Shown piece after piece: positions 40,712 through 50,626 of a stretch of DNA of 64,000 nt (positions are counted from its first letter, which is position 1; each line of letters starts with the position of its first letter). This DNA comes from a virus. The notes under the pieces were generated by a model, which was given only the letters and a program-made list of their open reading frames with translations, ran no database searches and was not told the DNA's origin. The stretch covers positions 32,001 through 96,000 of IMG/VR virus record IMGVR_UViG_3300042923_000607; one strand, given 5' to 3'. The position numbers and the translations under genes were made by a program.

Positions 40712-41542
40712 ATGAAAAAAGGAATAATATTCTTAATGCTTTTATTTTTAGTTTCAACAAGTTTGGTGATTTACAACAAGGAAAATGTTAAGGCCAGTAC
40801 CGATGAGGCTGTGTTTGACGGCAAAATATCTCCCACAAGACCTTTTTATCAAGGAGAGAATATTTACTATAGTGATTTTAAAATGAGTGGTAAATTTACA
40901 GATACTAAAACAGGAAAAGAAATACCCAAGGATGAATGGAAAATTTTTGCTTATAAGCCTGCCAGTTCAAATAGCATAACTCTAAACATTGTGCATCTTC
41001 CATCATTTGAAACCAACAAGTATCAAGATATAAAATATAAAGTGAAAATAAAAACAGAAAAATTTTCACCTTATTTAATCAGCTCATATAAAGATAATAC
41101 TATCTTTAAAAATCTCGAATGTGTAAAGCCACAATTTAAAAATTCATTAGGATTAAAAATTGATGGAGACGTGCTATATTCTTACAATGAAAAGAAAAAA
41201 TCTCTGGATTATACGTTTATTCCAAGTAAAAGATATGTTGATACTGACGAGTTATTATATGAATATAATATATTCAGAGGGTCAATAATTGTTGAAAAAC
41301 TTGAATCTCCTATTTTTGAAAATAGTTATATAGAACTTTCTGAAAAAGATGTGTTTTATTTAAGAATAAAGAATCCAATTCCTAATAGTTCTTATAATTG
41401 GTATTCAGATGATCCTACAAATGTAAGTGTTGAAGACGGAAAAATAAAAGCTGAATCTCTTGGATTTTCAAAGATATATTGCGAAGTTGCTCTGCCAGAC
41501 GGAGAATCAATAACCTTAAAATGTTATGTCGTAGTTAAATAG
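40712..41542 (+). CDS. secreted moron protein with C-terminal Ig-like domain
   Basis: signal peptide MKKGIIFLMLLFLVS...VKA; W.SDDP..VSV..G.I.A...G motif; own promoter and terminator. Confidence 0.75.
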   Translation: MKKGIIFLMLLFLVSTSLVIYNKENVKASTDEAVFDGKISPTRPFYQGENIYYSDFKMSGKFTDTKTGKEIPKDEWKIFAYKPASSNSITLNIVHLPSFETNKYQDIKYKVKIKTEKFSPYLISSYKDNTIFKNLECVKPQFKNSLGLKIDGDVLYSYNEKKKSLDYTFIPSKRYVDTDELLYEYNIFRGSIIVEKLESPIFENSYIELSEKDVFYLRIKNPIPNSSYNWYSDDPTNVSVEDGKIKAESLGFSKIYCEVALPDGESITLKCYVVVK

Positions 41543-41721
41543 CCAAATGATAAAAGCACTTCTATAATGAGGTGCTTTTATTATACTTAAAATTAAATAG
41601 AGAGAAGGTTGTTTAATGGTAGAAAAAGATAGGAAACTATTTACAAATAGCATATGCGTAGGATTAGTAAGTATCAATATTTTAAAAGAAAAATAGAATA
41701 TATTGAAAGGTGGCGAATTAA

Positions 41722-41892
41722 TTGAGTATCGAAGAAGAAAAATCCTTACTAAATGAAATTGATACACTAAGGAAAGACAATGAACGTAAAGCAAGAGTTA
41801 TACTAGGGCTTTACACACTTATTCTTAAAACTGAGGATATAAATTTAATAGCAGAAGCCGGAGCTATGACGTTGGAAGCACAGGCAGGCTAA
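41722..41892 (+). CDS. small hypothetical protein (56 aa, not in track)
   Basis: TTG start after GAAAGGTGG; MSIEEEKSLLNEIDTLRK... Confidence 0.55.
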   Translation: MSIEEEKSLLNEIDTLRKDNERKARVILGLYTLILKTEDINLIAEAGAMTLEAQAG

Positions 41893-41953
41893 CATTTAAA
41901 AAACTAGAAAATAAAATAAGGGGAGTGTTTTCCGCACTCCCTTTGACTCGAAA

Positions 41954-42607
41954 TTAATAATGGTATCTAATGGTGAATATTGGATCATTTTGATACATGA
42001 AGCTAACAATATTTCTACCAATATTATTAATTGGAGTGATTAATTCTTCTATTTTTAATCCGTTAATATCAACACCTTCAGTGACGATTGGATCTACTTG
42101 AGAATTCAGAGGCATGATAATGGTCATTTGAACTTTACCACCAACAGCAACCCCTAGGCCACTAAAAGGGAGTTGAACCTTGAAATCAAATATGTTAGTT
42201 GTATTAACCTGAGGAAATATTTTATAGTCATATGATAATCTGTACATATTAGTAGTTCCGGTGATTGGCTCTAATGCTTGTTTTTTCATTAAAGACATCA
42301 TCATTAATTTAGAAGTGTCTTCGAGAACGCCATCAAAACTACCAGCTTTAGCTTGATCAATAACATCAGAGGTACCGGCTAATAATTCATCTTCTGACAT
42401 TGGATACATTGACATATTTTTTGCATTAAAAATCATGTCAGCGATAGGATTGGATGTTACCCCATTTGGCACGTACCAAAATTTATCATGGGGGATTGGT
42501 TCGTCGGTTTGGATAATATTCTCCACGTGCACTAAATCGTATTGACCACCATTAGATTGAGAAACATTGTGAATCATTGCAGTCAAATCTTGTAATCTTA
42601 CATTCAT
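41954..42607 (-). CDS. hypothetical moron protein
   Basis: 217 aa, own promoter (TTGACA 42678-42673, TATAAT 42656-42651) and hairpin terminator at 41919-41944. Confidence 0.75.
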   Translation of the reverse strand: MNVRLQDLTAMIHNVSQSNGGQYDLVHVENIIQTDEPIPHDKFWYVPNGVTSNPIADMIFNAKNMSMYPMSEDELLAGTSDVIDQAKAGSFDGVLEDTSKLMMMSLMKKQALEPITGTTNMYRLSYDYKIFPQVNTTNIFDFKVQLPFSGLGVAVGGKVQMTIIMPLNSQVDPIVTEGVDINGLKIEELITPINNIGRNIVSFMYQNDPIFTIRYHY

Positions 42608-42990
42608 GTTTTAAATTCCCTTCTGTGAAATGTTAATTAGTTACAGGAATATTATACCATATTCAACAGATATGTCAATATATAGCTATTGTAAAATTTG
42701 TAAAATACAATATATAGTGCTTTACTATGAATATAAGAAAATGATTCTGATAAAGATTTTTGCCCAGAGTGTGGCATTTATAAATAATTACTAGTCCCAT
42801 ATACCCACTGAAACAGGCTACATAAAATGATAAACTACAATAGCATTGTAGGTATGCTGTGCTCTGTTTATAGGGGTGCAGCATTACTTATATAATCGTA
42901 TTTTCAATTTTGCAAAATAATCAAACATTTATGTAACTCAAAAAGTACAATTTGCCCTTGATATCCAAAGGAAAATGAGTTACAAAGTTG

Positions 42991-43019
42991 TTGACTTTAT
43001 ATGTATTTAATGCTAACAT
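42991..43019 (+). promoter_or_regulatory. promoter of the type III TA locus
   Basis: TTGACT-17bp-TAACAT with TG extension. Confidence 0.6.
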
Positions 43020-43071
43020 ATAGATGTAATAAATATTAAGATTATTTTAGGAGCAATCCTATTATAATATA

Positions 43072-43165
43072 TGAGACATGGTTCAGGAGTGTCTGGCTAA
43101 AAATAACCTGAAAATATTGCGGGGGCTTTCTCGATGTCACCCGGCTAATAAAAAATCGAAAAATT
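43072..43165 (+). ncRNA. type III antitoxin RNA (TenpI-like), two pseudoknot units
   Basis: unit 1 AGACA/TGTCT plus TTCAGG/CCTGAA; unit 2 CGGG..GC/GT..CCCG plus TCGAT/ATCGA; both carry a GGCTAA-A-rich linker. Confidence 0.7.
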
Positions 43166-43171
43166 AGTTTT

Positions 43172-43198
43172 AAAGAGGAAGCTTTGGCTTCCTTTTTT
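43172..43198 (+). terminator. terminator between antitoxin RNA and toxin gene
   Basis: GGAAGC-TTTG-GCTTCC-TTTTTT. Confidence 0.8.
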
Positions 43199-43211
43199 AC
43201 TGGGGAGAATA

Positions 43212-43730
43212 GTGATGAAATACTGTTATATTGAAAAATCATTTTATGATGACCATCCATGTTTAAAGAAAATTCTAGATCAATTTGATGAAGAAAAACG
43301 TGGGTATCGCACACATTTATGCTTGAATATTCAATATAAGGGAAATAATATACTCATTCCTCTCAGAAAAAACATGGGTTTAGCTGATCGAAAATTTGGA
43401 AATATTGGTCATCAAGTATCAAGTGAAAGCAAACCATTGGCTGGACTAGACTATAGATATATTATGATAATAAACGATATGAGATATCTAAGATTTGATA
43501 CTCCACGAATACCTAATAAACAAGCCAGTATAATAGATAAAGATTTCTTAGAAATTGAGAGAGAAGCTATTGCGTATATTGAAGCATATATAAGAGTTGC
43601 AATAAAAAATCGTGCTGAAAGAAATGCTAGATTTCGAGAATCAAGTCTTATAAATTTTCATAAAGAACTATTTTTTGTAGAAAGTGTTGAAGACATTGCA
43701 GTAACAGATGAATCAGAAACTAATACATAA
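43212..43730 (+). CDS. tenpN: type III TA toxin, TenpN-like endoribonuclease
   Basis: IPLRKN, GLDYR..II, SSLINFHKEL motifs; promoter-RNA-terminator-toxin layout. Confidence 0.75.
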   Translation: MMKYCYIEKSFYDDHPCLKKILDQFDEEKRGYRTHLCLNIQYKGNNILIPLRKNMGLADRKFGNIGHQVSSESKPLAGLDYRYIMIINDMRYLRFDTPRIPNKQASIIDKDFLEIEREAIAYIEAYIRVAIKNRAERNARFRESSLINFHKELFFVESVEDIAVTDESETNT

Positions 43731-43855
43731 AACAAGATAAGGCACCTGTAAAGAATACAGATGCCTTTCTTATATAATTTCATTTTCCAAATACAACCAA
43801 ACGTTCTATCTTCCATCTCTTACCAATTTGTCGTAAATAGGATATTATACCTAGG

Positions 43856-44497
43856 ATGAGAGGAAGAGGAATGAAGCAGGATATTATTGATGAAATTGAC
43901 TCAACTTTAAAGTATATAAAGGGGGAACTTATTAGTTCATTTAATGAAGAAGACGCTGATCTTTATATTAAATGGGCAAAAAAGAAAGTTTATGATACAA
44001 TACAAAATGAAAAGGAATTTATAGTTAATCAAGAAATTAAATCTGTAAAGGCTAAAACTCCAATTGATTATAAACTTATAAAAACATTAAAGAAGAAAAA
44101 GAAAAAATACGAACATCAAAATTATAATCACGATCTAAAAATAGGTGACATTGTTCATGTGGACTATGGATTTGGATACTGTGGTGAATTATCAATAGGA
44201 CATTATGGAATAATAATGTCAGAAATAAAAAACAATATGTATTTTATAGTTGCGCTATCTAGCGATCCTTTAAATAGTTTTCCATTTTATTTTGAAAATT
44301 TAAGTTTGCCAAATGCTGATTGTGATAAAAATAAAAAATCGTATGTAAGGTTTGAACAATCTAGATTTCTACATTATAGAAGAATAGAAAATATTACTAT
44401 TAATAATATGGTGATAGAAAAACACCTTGACGCTCCACAAATAGTAGAATTAAAAGAAAAATTCCTTGAATTTATGAAATTAACTGTTGACAAATAA
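43856..44497 (+). CDS. PemK/MazF-like toxin domain protein
   Basis: GDIVHVDYG.G..GEL...HYGII...VALSS...EQSRF...R; N-terminal helical extension. Confidence 0.75.
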   Translation: MRGRGMKQDIIDEIDSTLKYIKGELISSFNEEDADLYIKWAKKKVYDTIQNEKEFIVNQEIKSVKAKTPIDYKLIKTLKKKKKKYEHQNYNHDLKIGDIVHVDYGFGYCGELSIGHYGIIMSEIKNNMYFIVALSSDPLNSFPFYFENLSLPNADCDKNKKSYVRFEQSRFLHYRRIENITINNMVIEKHLDAPQIVELKEKFLEFMKLTVDK

Positions 44498-44515
44498 ATA
44501 TGAATAGCATATTAT
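44487..44515 (+). promoter_or_regulatory. sigmaA promoter embedded in the toxin 3' end
   Basis: TTGACA (within the last codons V-D-K)-17bp-TATTAT. Confidence 0.7.
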
Positions 44516-44521
44516 AAAAGT

Positions 44522-44630
44522 GTACACATTATATAATGTCACTAAGATATTTGGCGAGAGCTGAAAATCTGAAATATATTTTTAAAAAGCAACCACTTAG
44601 AGACTGGCGAGAGCTGGTCTCTTTCGCGTT
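44522..44630 (+). ncRNA. candidate antitoxin RNA with two repeated GAGA-tetraloop hairpins
   Basis: CACTAAGATATTTGGCGAGAGCTGAAAATCT (44540-44570) and CACTTAGAGACTGGCGAGAGCTGGTCTCT (44594-44622). Confidence 0.6.
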
Positions 44631-44737
44631 ACACTCAAGAAATTACAACAATTAAATATATAATCCAATCTGGCACTCTTCCACTCGGATGGTGCTTTTT
44701 TGATGCAAAAATATAAGAATGAAAGGATGATTTTATC

Positions 44738-45151
44738 GTGAAAATTACTCTTAAGAATTATCAATTAATAAACGGAATCACGGCAATAAAAGAACTCATT
44801 AATAATCCAGAAATGAGTACTAAAACTAAATGGAATTTTATTAAAAACTTGAATAAATTTCAGGCTATTATAGATGATTTTTCAAAAATGGAAATAGATC
44901 TTGTTAAAAAATATGCGGTGAAGGACGAAAACGGCGATGTTGTAGCGTATGAGTTGGATGAAGATGGTTTTAAGAAGGGTGATGCAAAATTTGCCCCAGG
45001 AAACCGAAGTAAATTTATAACGGAAAGAAATGAATTACTTCAGTGCGAAAGCGATGTTGACGTACATCTCATAAAACTTGATGACTTGCCGAATATAGAC
45101 AATGGAAACACTCTTCTACTCTGTTCGTTCTTAATTGATGACAGCGAATAA
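44738..45151 (+). CDS. hypothetical tail-region protein (DUF1617-like)
   Basis: KN...LVKKYA.KDENG motif. Confidence 0.6.
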   Translation: MKITLKNYQLINGITAIKELINNPEMSTKTKWNFIKNLNKFQAIIDDFSKMEIDLVKKYAVKDENGDVVAYELDEDGFKKGDAKFAPGNRSKFITERNELLQCESDVDVHLIKLDDLPNIDNGNTLLLCSFLIDDSE

Positions 45152-45230
45152 ACAACATATAAAACAATACATACAGCCATGTTAGTGTAAAAGCTATCGT
45201 GGCTTTTACTATTATCAAAGGAGGTAAAGC

Positions 45231-46316
45231 ATGGCTGATTTGATTACTATTCCAGAGGGGTCAATCGTTTATGACATATCACTAGATTTACATGACCTAA
45301 TTACTGGACAAGTGGTTAGAGCAAAACAGTACGATACTAGAACAAGATATATACGAGCAACAATTTTTAACGATGGAGACTTATATCCTATTACTCCAGA
45401 CAAATTAATATCTTTTTCAGCTACAAAGCCAGATGGGTATGGAATTGATAACTCAGCCGGAATAGACGCTGATGGAAAAATAATTTACATGATTACAGAT
45501 CAAACTACCGCAAAAGACGGAGTTTTTGATGCTGAATTTAGGATATATGATACAGAAACTATCTCTGGGATAACTTATTCTAGAAGAAAAACATCGTTTA
45601 GTTTTAAAATGTCAGTTGTAAAATCGGCACTAAATGATGCTACTGTAATTAGTTCTTACGAATTTAATCAATTGACAGAACTCATGGGAACAGTTGGAGA
45701 TATTGTAACAGACGGAACTGCCTTAATTTTGGAAATGCAAGTCCTCATAGAAACGGGAAATACGTTGATAAATTCTATGACGGAATTAGAAACAACAGTT
45801 GAATCAAACGAAGAGATACGAATCGAAAATGAAGACGCCAGATATAAACAGTTCTACGTTACTCAGGCTCAATATAATACACTACCACAAGAAGACAAAG
45901 ATAACCCAAAATATGTTTATGAAATTACGGATAATCCAGATGCTACACTTATTGCTACTTTGACCGATCTTTTAAATCAAATTAATATTGCTTTAGCTGC
46001 GGTTGAAGAATCCACCGTTGACATTAACAATATAAACGATTTAATAGTCACAACAATTCAGACGTGGTCTAGTTCTAAAATTGTATCTAGAATTAGAAAT
46101 TTTAAATATACTGCATCTTCCACGGTATCAAGCATAACTCACGGGCTAGATTATAACTCAACAACTGACGATCTTCAAGTTTATTATAATGGGTTGTTGT
46201 TAGAGGAAGGGGTTAATTTTACCAATTCAACAGACTTTCACACAATAAACCTTACTTCTTGGACTGTATCTAGTGGAGACAGGGTTTACTTTAAGTTATA
46301 CAAATACGTTAAGTAA
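45231..46316 (+). CDS. BppU-like baseplate upper protein
   Basis: AKQYD..TR.I.A...KPDG...S.EF..L N-terminal domain. Confidence 0.8.
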   Translation: MADLITIPEGSIVYDISLDLHDLITGQVVRAKQYDTRTRYIRATIFNDGDLYPITPDKLISFSATKPDGYGIDNSAGIDADGKIIYMITDQTTAKDGVFDAEFRIYDTETISGITYSRRKTSFSFKMSVVKSALNDATVISSYEFNQLTELMGTVGDIVTDGTALILEMQVLIETGNTLINSMTELETTVESNEEIRIENEDARYKQFYVTQAQYNTLPQEDKDNPKYVYEITDNPDATLIATLTDLLNQINIALAAVEESTVDINNINDLIVTTIQTWSSSKIVSRIRNFKYTASSTVSSITHGLDYNSTTDDLQVYYNGLLLEEGVNFTNSTDFHTINLTSWTVSSGDRVYFKLYKYVK

Positions 46317-46327
46317 GGAGTGAAAAC

Positions 46328-48829
46328 ATGAGCGATTACATACCTAAAATAATGAAGGGAGGAGCCGAACTAACATCTCCTTCTCTTATAGCAAGTGTAA
46401 TATTAACAAACAACACTATAAATCAACAAGAGGCAACTAGGCAGTCTCATGAAGCTGATAGGGAATTTGCTGAAACACAAAGAGATTCTGCTGAGTCTGC
46501 CAGAGTTGCCGATGAACTAACAAGAGAGTCAAATGAAGAAACTAGAGTTGCCGATGAAATTACTAGACAAGACTACTATAATGCATATAAAGTTTTAGTA
46601 AATTACAACTCTTCTACTGATTATATTATTGGGAATAAGGTTACGTATCAAGGTGGAACGTATCAATGCATAACAAATACAACAGGAAATCCCCCAACTT
46701 ATAATACTGATAATACTTGGTGGAAATGTATTGCTGCAAAGGGAACCGATGGCGCTGGTGGTGACATGTTCAAATCCACTTATGATCCCAACAATAAGAA
46801 CACAGATGCTTTTAATTCAGAAAATCAAGTATACGACAACACGACCAGCGGATTGTCTGCGACGAATGCTCAAGCCGCAATAGATGAATTAAAACTAGAA
46901 ACAGACTCCTTGGGCATCGCTGTTTCTAGTAAGGCCAGTCAGTCCGACTTAAATTCAACAAATTTTACAGTAAGTCAAAAGGCAAATCAATCTGACTTAA
47001 GCGCAATTTCTGATGATTTAAGTAGTTTGCAAGGACTAGTAGATTCTAATTACATAGTTTTAGATGGAAAGATAAATAGTCAAGCTAGTGGTTCACCAAA
47101 GGGGACATATGCAACTTTAACTGCTTTAACATCTGCATATCCTGCGGGCAATAGTAATATTTATGTTGTTACAGCAGATGGCAATTGGTATTACTGGAAC
47201 GGGACTGCGTGGACGGCAGGAGGAGTTTATCAGAGTACGGGAATAGCGAATAATTCAATTTCAGAAGAAAAGCTTTCTTTTGTTCCGGTAAACGGAATAC
47301 CGAGTAAAAATAAATTCAATAAATCTACCGCTATCGTTGGATACTATGTTAGATATCAAGACGGAGTTTTAATCGCAAATGCAAGCTATACTGCAAGCGA
47401 TTTTATTCCCGTATTACCAAGCACTGCATATAGAGTTTCAGGGTCTGGAGGAGAGCAAGGAGCTTTTTATGACATAAATAAGAATTACATTAGCGGATTA
47501 GTATTTATGGGGGACTTATCGACGACTCCATCTAATTGCTACTATGTTAGACTTACTGTAAGAAATGAAAATATAAACATCACGCAAATAGAAAAAGGAA
47601 CTGTTGTAACACCATATGAACCATATGGAAATAAAATTAAAGCAAGTCAGGTTATTGGATTAACATCTATCAGTTATACAGACATCATCGTAGATTTAAA
47701 TGGCGGGGGTGACTATACAAATATATCATCGGCGGTTGCAAGTATATCAGAAAATAGTTACTATAATAGATATAACATCATAATAAAACCGGGAACATAC
47801 AACATATTTGCAAATTTAACCTCTACAGAGTTGGGTAATTATGGGCTCGATATACCAGATTATGTTAATCTTATAGGAGAGGGAAATCCTATTTTAAATG
47901 GGGAAATACCTTCGGGTATAGCTACACTTGACAATACAACGAGAATATCAACTCTGAATACATACAGAAACAATGAACTTAAAAATTTGACAATAACAGC
48001 AAAGAATATGAGATACGCTGTTCATGATGACAGCGGGAATACCATAAAAAACTGGGAAAGAAGAGTTGAAAATTGTACATTTATACACTACGGGAACGAC
48101 CCTGGAATGTGGCTTTACACCAATGCATGGGGAGAAGGGTGTTCAAGTGGTTCTAAAAGTTATTTCAAAAACTGTAGGTTTATAAGTAGCACAACTAACC
48201 CAGCGTATAGTACGCATAATAATGTTTCATTTTTAACTCCGTCTTTTCATGAATTTGATTGTTGTAATTTTATAAGTTTAGCAAATAATGGAGTTTCTGC
48301 CAGATTTGGCTCAATGGGAAGTGGTCAAATAGACAGGGTGATAATGAAGGGCTGCGGATTTGCCGGATATATTTCCATTATTGAAGAATTAGGTAATGGA
48401 GTAGGAATAGACTTTAAATTTGATGGATATTCCAATCAAAAAACCCCCTATGGATTTAGCTATACGAGTGTAAATAACTACTTGAAAAATCTAGCTTTTG
48501 AGGATGAAGTATATACAGTATTGAATCTTTCTGGGTCGAGCATATCACCCAAGGATATTGTTAAAATCACAGGAATAAATCAAGTTTCTGTTATGAATAC
48601 ATCAGACAGTGCAGTCAGATTCTATGGTATAGTATTAGAGTCTATTCCAAATGGATCATATGGCAAAGTAAGGGTTTGTGGATATATGAGATTAAGTGAT
48701 ACAAACCTACCAACAATTAATGTTGGGGATAAAGTAGGAATTGTGAGTGGAGCTCTTGCAGTTGTAACGAGTGGAGACTACGTCGGAACATGCGAGGTAG
48801 ATGGATACATTAGGCTAACAAACAAATAA
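46328..48829 (+). CDS. tail spike / receptor-binding protein with pectin-lyase-like domain
   Basis: E..R heptads, CBM-like YIIGNKVTYQGGTYQC, GSPKGTYATL..L..AYP, GGGDYTNISSAV...IKPGTY, RYAVHDD. Confidence 0.8.
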   Translation: MSDYIPKIMKGGAELTSPSLIASVILTNNTINQQEATRQSHEADREFAETQRDSAESARVADELTRESNEETRVADEITRQDYYNAYKVLVNYNSSTDYIIGNKVTYQGGTYQCITNTTGNPPTYNTDNTWWKCIAAKGTDGAGGDMFKSTYDPNNKNTDAFNSENQVYDNTTSGLSATNAQAAIDELKLETDSLGIAVSSKASQSDLNSTNFTVSQKANQSDLSAISDDLSSLQGLVDSNYIVLDGKINSQASGSPKGTYATLTALTSAYPAGNSNIYVVTADGNWYYWNGTAWTAGGVYQSTGIANNSISEEKLSFVPVNGIPSKNKFNKSTAIVGYYVRYQDGVLIANASYTASDFIPVLPSTAYRVSGSGGEQGAFYDINKNYISGLVFMGDLSTTPSNCYYVRLTVRNENINITQIEKGTVVTPYEPYGNKIKASQVIGLTSISYTDIIVDLNGGGDYTNISSAVASISENSYYNRYNIIIKPGTYNIFANLTSTELGNYGLDIPDYVNLIGEGNPILNGEIPSGIATLDNTTRISTLNTYRNNELKNLTITAKNMRYAVHDDSGNTIKNWERRVENCTFIHYGNDPGMWLYTNAWGEGCSSGSKSYFKNCRFISSTTNPAYSTHNNVSFLTPSFHEFDCCNFISLANNGVSARFGSMGSGQIDRVIMKGCGFAGYISIIEELGNGVGIDFKFDGYSNQKTPYGFSYTSVNNYLKNLAFEDEVYTVLNLSGSSISPKDIVKITGINQVSVMNTSDSAVRFYGIVLESIPNGSYGKVRVCGYMRLSDTNLPTINVGDKVGIVSGALAVVTSGDYVGTCEVDGYIRLTNK

Positions 48830-48957
48830 AATCGGTGTTTTATCGTGTTTTTAAATCAAGCTATTGTGTTATAGAATTTTAGACATACTATATATTGTAT
48901 GTATAATCTGAGAGAATCTTAGATGGTTCTCTCTTTTATTTAGAAAGGGGGAAATAA

Positions 48958-50283
48958 ATGAGTAAACCTTATGTAGAACAAAAATTTGATAATGTTGAGT
49001 CGCAATTGGCACAGGTTGCGAATGATATCAATTCATTGACATTTTTTCCAAGAATAGTACCAGAAACTAACGATTATCCAAGAATGATAAGAGCCATTGA
49101 CAATACATCTACAGGGGGATTATTAAAAATCCCTAATGGAACATACGATTTAAATAGCAATGATGTTCGTCTAAATAAAAAAGTAACCATTCAAGGAGAA
49201 GGAATTAATAATACCATATTTATTAACGGGGGGTTTTCATTAGAAACTTCTGACATACAAATATCGAATTTGTTTGTTAATTGTCCTAGTTTAGATAACG
49301 GATTTCAAATAAATCAAGCAGTTGCATCAAATATATTAATAAGTAACTGTAAATCGACAGCGAGGGATCATTCATTTTTGATAGAAAGCTACAATGGAAT
49401 AGTTCAAAATGTAACAATTGAAAATTGTGTATCAGAATCATCAATACATGGTTTTATTTCTAAAGCGATAAACGTTAGATTTATAAATTGCAAGGCTATT
49501 AACCATACTGGATTTGCTTTTGGATTTATAAGTGATAATATACCATCCAGTGCTCAAATTGCCAATTGTATATCAAGTAAAATATTGAATTGTGAAGTTG
49601 ATAGCTGTGGAACTGGATTTTTTAGTTATTGTCGAGATAAATGGAGTACTACGTGTGCCCCTCGTGTAAACAATAATAGTATTGATGGATTAGTTATAAA
49701 TAATACTGGCAATCCTCTTGCGGTTGGTGAAGAAATAATTCCTACTGGATATTTATCTATCTATAGAATAGATTTTATGACAATTAATAATGTAAGAGTT
49801 ATAAATCCTTCTCAAAATGTTTGGGCTATATCTCTGAGAAATTGCTATAGATGCATTGTAGATAATTGTATATTACCTTACAAACTAGAGCAAAAGACAA
49901 CAGCACAAGAATGTTTAATAGGAAACATAATTGTTGAGAACTCACGACCACATACGAAGCCAATCACTTTAAGTTCGACTGGAACAAGTGGTGTATTGGA
50001 TACATCGTTGAATAGCGTATTCGAAATTATGATTAGCGGGAACCCTACTGATACAGTAATACTTACTGGTTTGCCGAAAAATGGCTCTACAGTTACTATT
50101 ATAGTAAGGGCAACGAGTTCAACTTCTTTTGCTGGATTTAACTCCAGTAATATAAAATTAGCAGGTAATACCATATTAACAAATTTTGTTTTTAATCACG
50201 GTCAAATTAGTCAATGGATGTGGGTTACTGGACTAAATAAGTTTGTTTGTATTAGCACTTCCACTGACATTGATTTAGTTTGA
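48958..50283 (+). CDS. second depolymerase-like beta-helix protein
   Basis: SQLA.., D..RMIRAID....IPNGTY, repeated I.NC beta-helix rungs; no N-terminal anchor. Confidence 0.75.
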   Translation: MSKPYVEQKFDNVESQLAQVANDINSLTFFPRIVPETNDYPRMIRAIDNTSTGGLLKIPNGTYDLNSNDVRLNKKVTIQGEGINNTIFINGGFSLETSDIQISNLFVNCPSLDNGFQINQAVASNILISNCKSTARDHSFLIESYNGIVQNVTIENCVSESSIHGFISKAINVRFINCKAINHTGFAFGFISDNIPSSAQIANCISSKILNCEVDSCGTGFFSYCRDKWSTTCAPRVNNNSIDGLVINNTGNPLAVGEEIIPTGYLSIYRIDFMTINNVRVINPSQNVWAISLRNCYRCIVDNCILPYKLEQKTTAQECLIGNIIVENSRPHTKPITLSSTGTSGVLDTSLNSVFEIMISGNPTDTVILTGLPKNGSTVTIIVRATSSTSFAGFNSSNIKLAGNTILTNFVFNHGQISQWMWVTGLNKFVCISTSTDIDLV

Positions 50284-50392
50284 TAAATCTTCAGAGACAA
50301 ACATACCTGTATAATCTATGTATCATAAACAATCGGTAGAAAATGCGACACAAATAATATAAATGAAAGATATGTTTTATTATGTTATATAT

Positions 50393-50551
50393 AAAAGAGC
50401 CTGATTAAAGGCTCTTATTTTTGTGTTAGAGACAGGATTGCACTCAGGGGATTGAGCCTGTCTCTATTTATTTTAATCTATAGTTAATTCTAAACGATGG
50501 GTCGTATGAAATTTTGGGAGATCAATAAACCCATCGTTACCAACTAGTGGT
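50393..50551 (-). ncRNA. candidate sRNA with C-rich loops
   Basis: promoter TTGAAG-17bp-TATAAT (50586-50558), two long hairpins, terminator at 50416-50393. Confidence 0.55.
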
Positions 50552-50626
50552 GTATTTATTATACCACTTCTCTCCTAGTTCTTCAAGACTAAGAGTATAA
50601 ATCGAAAGGGTGAGGTGCGATGTAGT

